Below are positions 1-10,275 of a DNA stretch of 64,000 nt, in pieces. Source of the stretch: Flavobacteriales bacterium (GTDB taxonomy: Bacteria > Bacteroidota > Bacteroidia > Flavobacteriales_D > Parvicellaceae). The stretch spans positions 44,350-108,349 of the forward strand of contig JAOASC010000031.1 in the NCBI GenBank assembly GCA_025210295.1, in the 5' to 3' direction. A program made the position numbers and the translations under genes. The notes under the pieces are model-generated. The model was given only the letters and a program-made list of their open reading frames with translations, had not been told where the DNA came from and searched no databases. Every line of letters starts with the position of its first letter. The first letter of the stretch is position 1.

Positions 1-588
1 AATAACAAAACACCAACTAAACAAAACAACTTTTTTAACATCACTTTTAGTGGACAGTTAAGGGCTGAACAAGATTTATCTATTTTTATAAAGGGGCTAA
101 CACTAGCGCTCAAGCAGATGCCTGAATTAAGTTCGTTATTAAAAGTCAATTTTATTGGGACCCAGTTATCTCCTAAAGAGGTATTATCTCCTTTAACGAA
201 TAGTGGTTTGGAAGCAATACTTAACATTACTCCTTTTCTTCCTAAAAAAGAAGCGATGAGCTATTTAAAAACTGCTCAACTTTTACTTCAAATTAGTTTT
301 AAAACCAAAAAGGGAATTGTTTCGAGTAAACTCATTCAATATTTAGGAATTCACAAACCCATTGCCTTAATTTCCAACAATGACGACATTATGGAAAGAA
401 TAATTACAGAAACAAATGCTGGGTATATTTTCAAATCTTCTGAAGAATTCTCTGATTTTATTATTAAAAGTGTAGTTTTATGGAAAAAGAATCAACACAT
501 CCCTTTCTCACCTGTTGAAGAAAACGTGCAATTTTATTCCTTTAAAAGTCAGGTTTCTATTTTTGAGAAAATGTTAAAAACACTATGA
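1..588 (+). CDS. Glycosyltransferase, C-terminal fragment (5' end lies outside the window)
   Basis: The reading frame of the 118..588 ORF stays open back to nt 1 with no stop. The C-terminal region resembles the end of GT1/GT4-type glycosyltransferases (acidic E..E stretch, 'NAGYIF'). It sits in a cluster of glycosyltransferases. Confidence 0.45.
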   Translation, partial: NNKTPTKQNNFFNITFSGQLRAEQDLSIFIKGLTLALKQMPELSSLLKVNFIGTQLSPKEVLSPLTNSGLEAILNITPFLPKKEAMSYLKTAQLLLQISFKTKKGIVSSKLIQYLGIHKPIALISNNDDIMERIITETNAGYIFKSSEEFSDFIIKSVVLWKKNQHIPFSPVEENVQFYSFKSQVSIFEKMLKTL

Positions 589-1139
589 AAATAGTTAGGA
601 AAATATCAGAATTTAAAGCTTCTATTCTAAACATTTATAGAATCACTAAATTGAAGCTTAAATATAGCAACCTTAAAATTGACTATCGCTCGACCATTGG
701 TAAAAACTGCTCTATTCATTGCGACAACAATAGTAAAATTACCTTAACTAAGGTGGTTATAGGTCATGGTGTTGTTCTTCATGCGAAACATAGCGCTACG
801 ATTAACTTAAACGATTGTTATATTGGTCATAATTCTGTTATTGTCTCGATCAACTCCATTACAATAGAACCACATGTAGAGGTAGCGGAAATGGTCGTAA
901 TAAGAGACCAAGACCATCAACACAACAATACTTCTACTCCAATAGCACAACAAGGCTATAATAGTGCTCCAATTTTAATTAAAAGAAACTCATGGATAGC
1001 CGCAAAGGCAACCATTTTAAGAGGGGTAACGATTAACGAAAATGCTGTAGTTGGAGCCCACTCCTTAGTTAACAAAAGTGTACCCAAAAACATGCGTTAT
1101 GCTGGCATCCCAGCTAAACCTATAAATAAAAAAGTTTAA
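585..1139 (+). CDS. Hexapeptide-repeat (LbH) sugar O-acetyltransferase, WcaF/Maa-like
   Basis: Left-handed beta-helix hexapeptide repeats are visible ('IGHGVVLHAK', 'IGHNSVIVSI', 'IAAKATILRGVTINENAVVGAHSLV'). The C-terminus is of the 'PAKPI'-type. The 4-nt start/stop overlap with its neighbours suggests an operon. Confidence 0.8.
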   Translation: MKIVRKISEFKASILNIYRITKLKLKYSNLKIDYRSTIGKNCSIHCDNNSKITLTKVVIGHGVVLHAKHSATINLNDCYIGHNSVIVSINSITIEPHVEVAEMVVIRDQDHQHNNTSTPIAQQGYNSAPILIKRNSWIAAKATILRGVTINENAVVGAHSLVNKSVPKNMRYAGIPAKPINKKV

Positions 1140-1903
1140 TGTTAGAAAAATTAAAAACAATAGGTTGGTTTATTTCAAAACCTAAATATATTCCGCAAGT
1201 ATTTCAGGTTTTAAAAAGACGAAAAAACAAAGAGCTTGAAAACAGTTCTGCTGAAGCTTTGTCTTGGTGTAAAACGAATGCTATTAGCCAATCTGAAGCC
1301 TTAAAAAAACTAGGTATTAACTCTGAAATTATTGAATTAAACACGTTGTTCCCAGAGCTTATCAACAAAGCTCAAGAAACGGCAAAAAACTGTCCTGTGA
1401 AAATGGGAGGAGAAGGAGCGACCTCTTTTCTATACACTCTAATAAAAGCAAGTAACTCACAAAAAATAATAGAAACAGGTGTTGCTTATGGCTGGTCTAC
1501 TCTAGCGATCTTACTTGCGATAAAAGAGAATAAAAACGCTTTTTTAATTAGTAATGATATGCCGTATATCAAAATGAATAATGATGACTATGTAGGCTGT
1601 GTTGTTCCCCATCAATTAAAAGACCAATGGAAACTGCAACGTGAAGCCGATATCAAAGGGATTCCTATGGCCCTAAATCACTTTAACCAACAGATTGACG
1701 CTTGCCATTACGACAGTGATAAAAGCTATACAGGAAGAATGTGGGCAAGTCCATTACTTTGGAAAGCACTAAAGGATGGAGGGCTATTTATTTCTGACGA
1801 CATTAATGACAACTTAGGGTTTAAACACTTTTGTGATTCGATAGATCAAACGCCTATTATTATTGAGCATTTAGGAAAATATGTAGGTATACTAAGAAAA
1901 TAA
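1139..1903 (+). CDS. Class I SAM-dependent methyltransferase (TylF/MycF-like O-methyltransferase)
   Basis: A Gly-rich motif-I-like segment ('IIETGVAYGWSTLAI') and the overall size fit macrocin-O-methyltransferase-type sugar O-MTs. It lies in a polysaccharide cluster. Confidence 0.45.
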   Translation: MLEKLKTIGWFISKPKYIPQVFQVLKRRKNKELENSSAEALSWCKTNAISQSEALKKLGINSEIIELNTLFPELINKAQETAKNCPVKMGGEGATSFLYTLIKASNSQKIIETGVAYGWSTLAILLAIKENKNAFLISNDMPYIKMNNDDYVGCVVPHQLKDQWKLQREADIKGIPMALNHFNQQIDACHYDSDKSYTGRMWASPLLWKALKDGGLFISDDINDNLGFKHFCDSIDQTPIIIEHLGKYVGILRK

Positions 1904-1908
1904 GCACG

Positions 1909-3015
1909 TTGAAAACCAAAGTAACATATATCCTTTCTAATATCGACAAAGCTATTGCCTTTGAATGGATTGCTGAACACATCAATAACGCTCAGTTTGA
2001 GATTTCTTTTATTTTACTCCACCACCAAGAACCTTACCTGTATCGTTGGCTTACTGCTCAATCTATTGCTACTTTTTATGTTCCGCATAATGGCAAAAAG
2101 AGTTTTCCCAAATCGTTTCTAAAAGTATACCAACTTTTAAAAGCCATCCAACCTCAACGAGTTCACACCCATTTATTTGACGCTAACTTAATTGGACTTA
2201 CGGCGGCAAAAGCATTAGGTATCAAAAAAAGAATATATACTAGGCACCACTCTACTTTTCACCACAACAATTTTCCTAAGGCTGTTAAATACGACAAACT
2301 AAGCAATTGGTTAGCCTCAGATATTGTTGCAATCTCAGAAAATGTTAGAGACGTTCTTGAAAACAAAGAACAGGTTCCCCCTCAGAAGATTCACCTCATC
2401 CACCACGGGTTTGATTTAAAGAGTTTTCAAAATGTTTCTAAAGAAGAGGTCCAAACCTTAAAAAACAACTATAACATTAATAATTCTCCTGTAATAGGAG
2501 TCATTTCAAGATATATCAACTGGAAAGGCATTCAGTACATCATTAAGGGATTTAAAGCACTTTTACAAGAGTATCCTGATGCTATTTTGGTATTAGCCAA
2601 TGCAAACGGCCCAGATAAGCAGGAAATCAAAGAAGCTCTAAAAACTATTCCTAAGGAAAACTATAGAGAAATTGTTTTTGAACCTAACTTATTTGCATTA
2701 TATCAACTTTTTGATTTGTACATCCATACGCCTATAGACCATCAGATAGAGGCTTTTGGGCAAACCTACATTGAAGCACTTGCCGCTGGAAAACCGTCTA
2801 TCTTTACGCTTTCAGGAGTTGCCAATGAATTTATAATCGACCAAAAAAATGCGATTGTTATTCCCTATAAAGACGATCAAGCAATTGTAAAAGCGATTAA
2901 ACAGCTTTTAACCCATAAAGACCTTACTTCAACATTAGTTGAAAACGGGCTAAAATCAGTAGAGAAATATAATTTACTTACTTTTGTTCAAAAATTGGAA
3001 CGTCTTTATCAATGA
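1909..3015 (+). CDS. Glycosyltransferase family 4 (GT-B, retaining)
   Basis: The C-terminal GT1/GT4 signature is present ('EAFGQTYIEALAAGKPSIFT', E-x7-E). The start is TTG. Confidence 0.75.
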   Translation: MKTKVTYILSNIDKAIAFEWIAEHINNAQFEISFILLHHQEPYLYRWLTAQSIATFYVPHNGKKSFPKSFLKVYQLLKAIQPQRVHTHLFDANLIGLTAAKALGIKKRIYTRHHSTFHHNNFPKAVKYDKLSNWLASDIVAISENVRDVLENKEQVPPQKIHLIHHGFDLKSFQNVSKEEVQTLKNNYNINNSPVIGVISRYINWKGIQYIIKGFKALLQEYPDAILVLANANGPDKQEIKEALKTIPKENYREIVFEPNLFALYQLFDLYIHTPIDHQIEAFGQTYIEALAAGKPSIFTLSGVANEFIIDQKNAIVIPYKDDQAIVKAIKQLLTHKDLTSTLVENGLKSVEKYNLLTFVQKLERLYQ

Positions 3016-3887
3016 AATTTTCAATAATAATACCAACATATAACAGAGCCAATTTTATTGAAAAAACGATACTATCAGCCCTCAACCAAAGCTATACAGA
3101 CTTTGAAGTTGTAGTGGTAGATGATGGGAGTACAGATCATACAGAAACGATCATAAAAAAAATCAACTCCAATAAAGTAAAGTATTATTTTAAAGAAAAT
3201 GGTGAACGTGGAGCTGCCAGAAACTATGGTGTACAATACGCTATTGGAGATTACATCACATTTTTAGACTCTGATGATTTACTACGCCCAAATTATTTAG
3301 AAGAAGCCAGTCAATTTATTCAGCAAAACAACCCTAATGTTTTCTTTCAATTATTTGATATCAAGAACCATAAGGGAAAACTAATAAAAAAAGCGATTAC
3401 GCCTCCTAAAGAGGTAAGCTCTGCTCTAATTCATGAAGGAAATATCTTTGCTTGCCAAGGCGCTTTTATCAAAAAAGAGACATTCAACCATTATTTATTT
3501 CAAGAAGATCGAAAATTAGCTGGGTCTGAAGATTATGAGCTTTGGCTTCGTATGAATGTCAACGAATCCATTCTATGTAACCCCGTCACAACTTCTACTC
3601 TTATAGAACACGACGACAGAAGTGTTCTTAACTATGATATTGAGCGTATTATTCAACGAAAAGAATTAATGCTACACTACTTATTTGACGATCCAAGAAC
3701 AGCGGCATTCTATAGCCCTTTTAAAAAAGTGCTTTACGCCAACTCTTATGCTTATATTTCGATTCATTTAATTTTAAGCAAAGCCAAAAAAACTGGATTT
3801 AAATATTACTTTAAAGCATTAAAACAGCGACCTTTGCTCTTTTTTTCTAGAAAAAGTTTAGCTATATTAAAACATCTCATTTCTTAA
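3012..3887 (+). CDS. Glycosyltransferase family 2
   Basis: The N-terminal GT-A motif is present ('FSIIIPTYNRANFIEKTILSALNQSY..FEVVVVDDGSTD', DxD 'DSDD'). Confidence 0.8.
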   Translation: MKFSIIIPTYNRANFIEKTILSALNQSYTDFEVVVVDDGSTDHTETIIKKINSNKVKYYFKENGERGAARNYGVQYAIGDYITFLDSDDLLRPNYLEEASQFIQQNNPNVFFQLFDIKNHKGKLIKKAITPPKEVSSALIHEGNIFACQGAFIKKETFNHYLFQEDRKLAGSEDYELWLRMNVNESILCNPVTTSTLIEHDDRSVLNYDIERIIQRKELMLHYLFDDPRTAAFYSPFKKVLYANSYAYISIHLILSKAKKTGFKYYFKALKQRPLLFFSRKSLAILKHLIS

Positions 3888-3895
3888 ACAATCAC

Positions 3896-5131
3896 TTGGT
3901 GAATCAACATAAAAACATATTATACCTTTCTTATGACGGCATGACTGATCCTTTGGGACAGTCGCAAGTGCTACCCTACATTATTGGGCTAACTAAAGAG
4001 GGGTATCATTTTACTTTAATTTCTTGTGAAAAAAAGGAACGCTACCAACAAAACCAATTCATTATAGAAAATATTTGTACTCAAAATAATATCGACTGGC
4101 AACCTATTTTCTATACCAAAAAGCCTCCTATTTTATCCACGATCTGGGACATTTATCAAATCAATAAAAAGACAAAACAACTTCATCAACAACAAAATTT
4201 TTCTTTAATCCATTGCAGAAGTTACATCACAGCATTAATCGGATTAGGGTTTAAACAAAAGCATGGGGTTAAGTTCTTATTTGATATGCGAGGTTTTTGG
4301 GCGGACGAAAGAGTGGATGGAAAAATATGGGATATTTCAAAACCGCACTACAAGAAAGTTTACAACTTTTTTAAGAGAAAAGAGCGATCATTTTTATCTG
4401 ATGCAGATGCTGTAGTTAGCTTAACGAATAATGGAAAGCAAGAAATGTTAGGGTGGAACATCCCCCAACTTAACAGCGATAAAATTAGCGTTATTCCCTG
4501 TGTAGCAGACTATAATCACTTCACAATAATTGATGAAACAACAGCCACCAAATCAGCTTTAGGAATTGCCCCATCTACAAAAGTAATGAGCTATATTGGC
4601 TCTTTAGGCACTTGGTATTTAGCAGATGAAATGGTACTCTTCTACAAGGAATTTAAAACTCAATACCCAGACTCAGTTTTTCTAGTTTTAACTCCAGAAC
4701 CTCCTGAAATCATCCATAACCTTGCGAAAAAGCACCATTTAAAACCCAGCGACTTTGTCATTCGCTTTAGCACCAGAAAGGAGCTTCCACAACTGGCTTC
4801 AATTGCTGACTTTAGCATCTTTTTTATAAAGAATTCATATTCTAAAAAGTCGAGTTCTCCAACAAAAATGGGGGAACTTCTCGCCATGGGGATTCCTGTT
4901 ATTTGTAACAACATTGGAGATGTAAAAACCATTACAGAACAAACAAATACAGGTTTTTGCCTTGAAGAACTAAATGCAGAGTCGTTTCGAGAGGTGATTG
5001 CTAAAATTGACACGCTGTTCCATAAAACTAAAAAAGAAATCAGAGAAAACTCTCAAGATTATTTTCTATTAGAAAAAGGCTTAGCCTCTTATTCTAAAAT
5101 TTATAAAACGGTTCTCAACAATGAAAAATAA
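3896..5131 (+). CDS. Glycosyltransferase family 4
   Basis: The N-terminus ('ILYLSYDGMTDPLGQSQVLPY') is typical of GT4 sugar transferases. The C-terminal region is of the 'ELLAMGIPVI' type. The start is TTG or GTG. Confidence 0.75.
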   Translation: MVNQHKNILYLSYDGMTDPLGQSQVLPYIIGLTKEGYHFTLISCEKKERYQQNQFIIENICTQNNIDWQPIFYTKKPPILSTIWDIYQINKKTKQLHQQQNFSLIHCRSYITALIGLGFKQKHGVKFLFDMRGFWADERVDGKIWDISKPHYKKVYNFFKRKERSFLSDADAVVSLTNNGKQEMLGWNIPQLNSDKISVIPCVADYNHFTIIDETTATKSALGIAPSTKVMSYIGSLGTWYLADEMVLFYKEFKTQYPDSVFLVLTPEPPEIIHNLAKKHHLKPSDFVIRFSTRKELPQLASIADFSIFFIKNSYSKKSSSPTKMGELLAMGIPVICNNIGDVKTITEQTNTGFCLEELNAESFREVIAKIDTLFHKTKKEIRENSQDYFLLEKGLASYSKIYKTVLNNEK

Positions 5132-6206
5132 AAAAATTTTATTTTTAAGTCCGTACCCCCTTGATAAAGCACCTAGCCAACGGTTAAAATACGAGCAATA
5201 TTACCAGCATATTGAGCGTAATGGTTTTACCATTACAACCCAATCTTTTGTTTCCTTAAAGTTTTGGAATATCATCTATCAAAAAGGGTTTTTATTTCAA
5301 AAAATCTTCTATACAATAATAGGGTATTTTAGTCGCCTACTTACACTTTTCTCACTTAGGAAATATGACATTGTCTATGTCCATTTATGGGTAACTCCAT
5401 TTGGTTTTCCAATATTTGAGTGGCTAGTTAGACGCTTTGCAAAAAAAATAGTTTACGACATTGATGACATGGTTTTTTTAGGACATTCAAGCGAAGCCAA
5501 TCAACTCTTGAAAAATCTAAAAGGAAAAAACAAAATGATTTACCTAATGCGCGTAGCTGACCATGTGATCACTTGTACCCCTACTTTAGATAATTTTGTT
5601 CGACAATTCAATGAAAAAACAACGGATATCTCTTCCACTATTGATACCGACAAGTATCAACCTAAAAAACACCAAGAAAAAACGACTATTACATTAGGTT
5701 GGAGTGGAAGTCATAGCACTTCTAAATATGTTAAACTACTTGAAAGTGTATTGGAAACGTTGCTTGAAAAAAACTACGCCTTTGAAGTTTTAGTTATTGG
5801 CGATGCTCAATTTACTTTTAAAAACCCTGGCATTAAACTCAAAGCTATTCCTTGGAATTTGAGCTCCGAGGTGGAGGATTTAAAAAACATAGACATTGGC
5901 TTATACCCACTACCCAATGAACAATGGGTTCTGGGAAAAAGTGGACTTAAAGCACTACAATACATGGCCTTAGGAATCCCAACAATAGCTACCAACATTG
6001 GTGCTAACTCTCGAATAATTCAAAGTGGAGTCAATGGCTTTCTTGTTAACAATGATGAAGAATGGGTGAATGCCATAACCTCCATCATCGACAATGTTGA
6101 AAAGAGAAATAAAATGGGGGAAAGAGCCACTCAAACAGTTGTAGAAAAATTCTCAATCAAATCGAACACTAAAACCTATTTAGAAGTTTTAAATGGTGTT
6201 TTATAA
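5121..6206 (+). CDS. Glycosyltransferase family 1/4
   Basis: The C-terminal motif is present ('GKSGLKALQYMALGIPTIATNIGANSRIIQSGVNGFLV'). Confidence 0.75.
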   Translation: MKNKKILFLSPYPLDKAPSQRLKYEQYYQHIERNGFTITTQSFVSLKFWNIIYQKGFLFQKIFYTIIGYFSRLLTLFSLRKYDIVYVHLWVTPFGFPIFEWLVRRFAKKIVYDIDDMVFLGHSSEANQLLKNLKGKNKMIYLMRVADHVITCTPTLDNFVRQFNEKTTDISSTIDTDKYQPKKHQEKTTITLGWSGSHSTSKYVKLLESVLETLLEKNYAFEVLVIGDAQFTFKNPGIKLKAIPWNLSSEVEDLKNIDIGLYPLPNEQWVLGKSGLKALQYMALGIPTIATNIGANSRIIQSGVNGFLVNNDEEWVNAITSIIDNVEKRNKMGERATQTVVEKFSIKSNTKTYLEVLNGVL

Positions 6207-7495
6207 ATAATCACTAAAGCAATTAAATAAAACAGTTCAGAGGGAATTTTATACCTTGACAATGCTCCAAAATTATATGAGCTTAATCCAACAATAAAAG
6301 CAAAAGGTAAAGCAAACGAAAGCAAAAAGAGCACTTCTTTGTTTTTAAACACATAGGCAAAAATTGTTAATCTCCTCTTAACCAAAACGACCACTGTAAA
6401 CCCCATAAACAATAAAGCTTCAAAAGCACCTAATAATGTTGCGATGTTTCTAATCTCCCAAGGATAAGGCCTAAAAAAAGTAACATTAATTGCTGCCGGA
6501 ACTTTCGACAACACTCCTAAGATGGTATAATCCATTTCCCCTAAAGAATAACCAGACTGATCTCTGGTATCTGCTAAGTGTCCATGCCAAGAATGAAACC
6601 CTTGTAAAGTACTTTGCCAATTGTTTAAACTATATTTCCCCGCACTATTGGAGTAAGATGACAAAATAAAAACTAATGCTCCAATCATCGACAAAAAGAG
6701 CAAGGGTGCGATCATATTTCTTAAGAAAGCACTTTTAATCTTAGACTTTATACTCGATTGTACCCAAATAAAAAATGCTGGATATAATAAATAAATCAAG
6801 TAAGACTTTAACATAAAAATTAGAAAACTGCTAAAGAATATATGAAACAAACTTTTTAGTAATTTTTGGTTATAGATAAACAAATTGGCAAAACCATAAA
6901 TCAACCAACCTATAGCCCCAATTGTTACGGTATCTTTTAACAAACCAGAACTCCATAAAGTCATCGTCGGCACACAATAAATCACTAAAAAAAATGGATA
7001 AGCTAATTTAGGGTAAAGCCTACAAAAAGTTAAAAAGGCATACCACAGTCCCAAAAAAGAAAGAAAGGAAAACAAAATGGTTATCACAAAATAGGATCCA
7101 CCTGCTAAAAAGTAAAACACACTGGTCAACTTAACAATAAACAAAACATCTGTTCCATTCAGGATATAATTATAATCGGGAGAAAAGTTATACTCTGCAG
7201 GGTTAAAACCGCTAAAATAAGCTCCAAAAGTAGAGGGGTTTAACACAGAGATATAGTTCGCCAAATCTTTTGCGGCATTATAAAACACAAAAGTATCTCC
7301 TCCTTTATAAATATAAACATGGTACAAGGCATATACAATACCTCCTCCTATTTTTATGGTTAACGCTGATAAAAAGTAACGGTATAATGGTTGGTCCTTT
7401 TTTTTCTTTTGGACATAAAGAATTGCACCTAAATAAATTGCAAATAGGTAAATGATCATCAAACAACCATCATATAACTCTAATTGAGGAATCAT
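6176..7495 (-). CDS. Polytopic membrane protein of the polysaccharide cluster (Wzy polymerase- or Wzx-like)
   Basis: The protein is 439 aa with about 10-12 hydrophobic helices and no soluble domains. It is convergent with the GT genes. Confidence 0.35.
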   Translation of the reverse strand: MIPQLELYDGCLMIIYLFAIYLGAILYVQKKKKDQPLYRYFLSALTIKIGGGIVYALYHVYIYKGGDTFVFYNAAKDLANYISVLNPSTFGAYFSGFNPAEYNFSPDYNYILNGTDVLFIVKLTSVFYFLAGGSYFVITILFSFLSFLGLWYAFLTFCRLYPKLAYPFFLVIYCVPTMTLWSSGLLKDTVTIGAIGWLIYGFANLFIYNQKLLKSLFHIFFSSFLIFMLKSYLIYLLYPAFFIWVQSSIKSKIKSAFLRNMIAPLLFLSMIGALVFILSSYSNSAGKYSLNNWQSTLQGFHSWHGHLADTRDQSGYSLGEMDYTILGVLSKVPAAINVTFFRPYPWEIRNIATLLGAFEALLFMGFTVVVLVKRRLTIFAYVFKNKEVLFLLSFALPFAFIVGLSSYNFGALSRYKIPSELFYLIALVIIYKTPFKTSK

Positions 7496-7549
7496 TTAAC
7501 TTTGTATCTCTATAATTATTTACCTTTGTTTTTTTAATCCAAAAAGAAA

Positions 7550-8125
7550 ATGAAACTAGTTTTTGCAACCAACAACGAGAACAAAATAAAAGAAATTAAG
7601 TCAGCTTTAGGTAATAAATTCGAAATTTTATCACTCAAAGACATTAATTGTAATGAAGAACTCCCAGAAACTCAAGAGACATTAGAAGGAAATGCACTAC
7701 AAAAAGCTAGATATGTATCGGACAACTACAACGTTAATTGTTTTGCCGATGATACTGGACTAATTATCGCTGCTTTAAATGGAGAACCAGGAGTTTATAG
7801 TGCTAGATATGCTGGCGAGGATAGAGACCCTCAAAAAAACATTGAAAAAGTCCTTTCTAAACTGGGAAACAATACCGATAGAGCTGCGTATTTTGAAACT
7901 TCAATCGCGCTGATTATTGACAAAGAGGAATACTTATTCTCTGGTAAAGCAAAAGGCGTTATCACTAAAAAAATCACAGGAGCAAAAGGATTTGGCTACG
8001 ATCCAATATTTCAGCCAGAAAACCTTGACAGGACATTTGCTGAATTAAATATGGAGGAAAAAAATAAAATTAGTCACCGCGGTAAAGCTTTTGACAAAAT
8101 GTGTACATTTTTACTTCAAAAATAA
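7550..8125 (+). CDS. rdgB: Non-canonical purine NTP pyrophosphatase (RdgB/HAM1 family)
   Basis: The N-terminus ('LVFATNNENKIKEIK') and the motifs 'FADDTGL' and 'GFGYDPIF' are diagnostic of Ham1/RdgB. Confidence 0.9.
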   Translation: MKLVFATNNENKIKEIKSALGNKFEILSLKDINCNEELPETQETLEGNALQKARYVSDNYNVNCFADDTGLIIAALNGEPGVYSARYAGEDRDPQKNIEKVLSKLGNNTDRAAYFETSIALIIDKEEYLFSGKAKGVITKKITGAKGFGYDPIFQPENLDRTFAELNMEEKNKISHRGKAFDKMCTFLLQK

Positions 8126-8140
8126 TCGACCTCATAATAA

Positions 8141-8176
8141 AAAAAGCCTGCTTGAAATCAAGCAGGCTTTTTTTAA
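8141..8176. terminator. Bidirectional rho-independent terminator between convergent rdgB and sppA
   Basis: A perfect 11-bp stem (AGCCTGCTTGA / TCAAGCAGGCT) is flanked by an A-run on one side and a T-run on the other. Confidence 0.6.
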
Positions 8177-8195
8177 TTAAAGTGACCTAGAATTA

Positions 8196-9977
8196 TTATT
8201 CTATAGTTATTTCAAAAGGTAAACGAGCTTGTACGCCTTCTACCATTGTTGCTTTTTCTACTGCCTGTAGATAATCGGCTAACTTTTTAGTCGCTGGACT
8301 ATAGATAGAAGCACTTGCATCTACATCAAACTGTTCTAATAATTCATTCAATTTATTATCCTCTGCTTTTGGATAAACGTCAATTTTAACGTCTTTTATT
8401 TCGGCTTTTTCAGCTGCATAAGCTACAGCCTCATCAATTCCTCCTAATTCATCTACTAAGCCAATTTTAATGGCATCTGTTCCTGCCCAAACTCTTCCTT
8501 GCCCAATACTATCTACTCCAGCAACATCCAATCCTGGTCTTCCATCGGCAACTTTCTGTTTAAAGTCCATGTATATGTCGTCTACACCTTCTTGAACAAT
8601 AGCATACTCTTCGTCAGTTAAACCTCTAGTTATCGTCATCATTGAAGGACGGTTAGTATATGCTCTATCAACTGTAATTCCTAACTTTTCTTCTAATGGT
8701 TTAGAGATATTTGGTAATACTCCGAATACTCCAATAGAACCTGTAATGGTGTTCGGTTGAGCAAAAATTCTATCTGATTGACAAGAAATATAGTATCCTC
8801 CTGAAGCTGCTACATCTCCCATCGATACCACTACTGGCATTTTCTCTTTTGCTAACACCATTTCTCTCCAAATCACATCCGAAGCTAAAGCACTTCCCCC
8901 TGGAGAGTTTACTCTTAATACTAACGCTTTAATATTTTCATCATTACGAGCATCTCTGATCGCTTTTGCGATGGTTTCTGAACCAATTTTGGTTGCTCCT
9001 CCTTTTCCACTTTCTATTCCTCCAACAGCATATACCACAGCAATATTTTTGTCTTCTCCTTTTAAAGCTCTTTTTTGCTTTTTAGCTGCTTTTGTACAAT
9101 ACTTTTGAAAAGATACCAAACTTAATTCTTTATCTTCTTTTGTTCCTGATTTCTCTTCCAATTGCGCTAACAATTCATCTTCATAGATCAACGCATCAAC
9201 TAATTTATACTCTTTTGCTGTTTCAGCAGAACGAACGTAAACAGAATCAGCTATTTCATTTAATGTTGCTTTACTAATTCCTCTAGTATCAGTAATTCCT
9301 TTCAACATTTGATTCCATAATGCATTCAAATAGGTCATTGTTTGCTCTCTGTTAGCATCACTCATGTGATCGTACATAAATGGCTCAACAGCACTTTTAA
9401 ATTTATTGTTGCTTCCTCTTATGATTTGCACATCTAACCCTAATTTATCAATTGCATTCTTAAAGAACATATACTCTGTCCCTAAACCTTGGAACTCCAC
9501 CATTCCCTCTGGATATAAATAAACACTATCGGCAGCAGTAGCTAAATAATAAGCCTTTTGCGTATAAGCTTCTCCATAAGCAATCACAAATTTTCCTGAC
9601 TCTTTAAAATCGATAATCGCATTACGAATCTCTTCAGTTGTAGCCATTCCTGCTGGTAAAGTAGCCACATTTAGAAAGATTCCTTTTATTTTATCATCTT
9701 CCTTTGCTTTTTCAAGTCCTAACTTAATTTCTCTTAATCCAAGTGCTTGATTAAAATTTAATTCTTGTTTGTTAAACTCAGCAAAAGAAACTTCACTAAT
9801 TGGGTTCTTAAACTCAACGTGTAAGACACTGTTTTCTTCTACTTTAAATTCGTCTTTAGGTTCAAATGCTCCAGAAACTGCTGATGCAATACCTACAATA
9901 AACACAATCACCAAAAATCCTCCTATTACAATGAGCGCTAGTGACGATGCGAAAAATGATCTCCAAAATGGTTTCAT
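8196..9977 (-). CDS. sppA: Signal peptide peptidase SppA, 67K type (protease IV)
   Basis: The protein has an N-terminal TM segment and two ClpP/crotonase-like S49 domains. Strings such as 'VVSMGDVAASGGYYIS' are typical of SppA. Confidence 0.9.
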   Translation of the reverse strand: MKPFWRSFFASSLALIVIGGFLVIVFIVGIASAVSGAFEPKDEFKVEENSVLHVEFKNPISEVSFAEFNKQELNFNQALGLREIKLGLEKAKEDDKIKGIFLNVATLPAGMATTEEIRNAIIDFKESGKFVIAYGEAYTQKAYYLATAADSVYLYPEGMVEFQGLGTEYMFFKNAIDKLGLDVQIIRGSNNKFKSAVEPFMYDHMSDANREQTMTYLNALWNQMLKGITDTRGISKATLNEIADSVYVRSAETAKEYKLVDALIYEDELLAQLEEKSGTKEDKELSLVSFQKYCTKAAKKQKRALKGEDKNIAVVYAVGGIESGKGGATKIGSETIAKAIRDARNDENIKALVLRVNSPGGSALASDVIWREMVLAKEKMPVVVSMGDVAASGGYYISCQSDRIFAQPNTITGSIGVFGVLPNISKPLEEKLGITVDRAYTNRPSMMTITRGLTDEEYAIVQEGVDDIYMDFKQKVADGRPGLDVAGVDSIGQGRVWAGTDAIKIGLVDELGGIDEAVAYAAEKAEIKDVKIDVYPKAEDNKLNELLEQFDVDASASIYSPATKKLADYLQAVEKATMVEGVQARLPFEITIE

Positions 9978-10275
9978 AATTATTTGTTTTTATTCGTTAT
10001 TAATTCTCTACTTTATAAAGTAATACAACTTTACCCTACAAAGGTAGAGTAAAGCTTTTCCAATAATGTTGATTTTACATGAACGGTTTTTTGCATCTAT
10101 AAATGGTTTATTTGCCAGTATAATGTCAAACACCATCTATTTTCAAAATCACCAACAACAAGATGAACACAAAAGGATATACTGCTATAGAACAATTAAA
10201 AGGATTATTTTTTACTCAAAATATTAATCTCATTCTATGTTGGTTTAGCGATATGACTTACCTTTGCATACGGAA

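Noticed and set aside
4660-5013. Antisense ORFs inside larger genes (4660..5013, 5807..5998, 7270..7455, 9092..9277, 18280..18852, 20784..21353, 22467..22745, 27323..27541, 30496..30750, 33690..33899, 38635..38904, 42809..43204, 54174..54803, 59071..59669, 60403..60881, 61217..61423, 62273..63507 and similar)
   Set aside because: They are all embedded in, and antisense or out of frame to, longer ORFs with clear domain content. They are short with no recognisable motifs. These are typical AT-rich-genome spurious ORFs.
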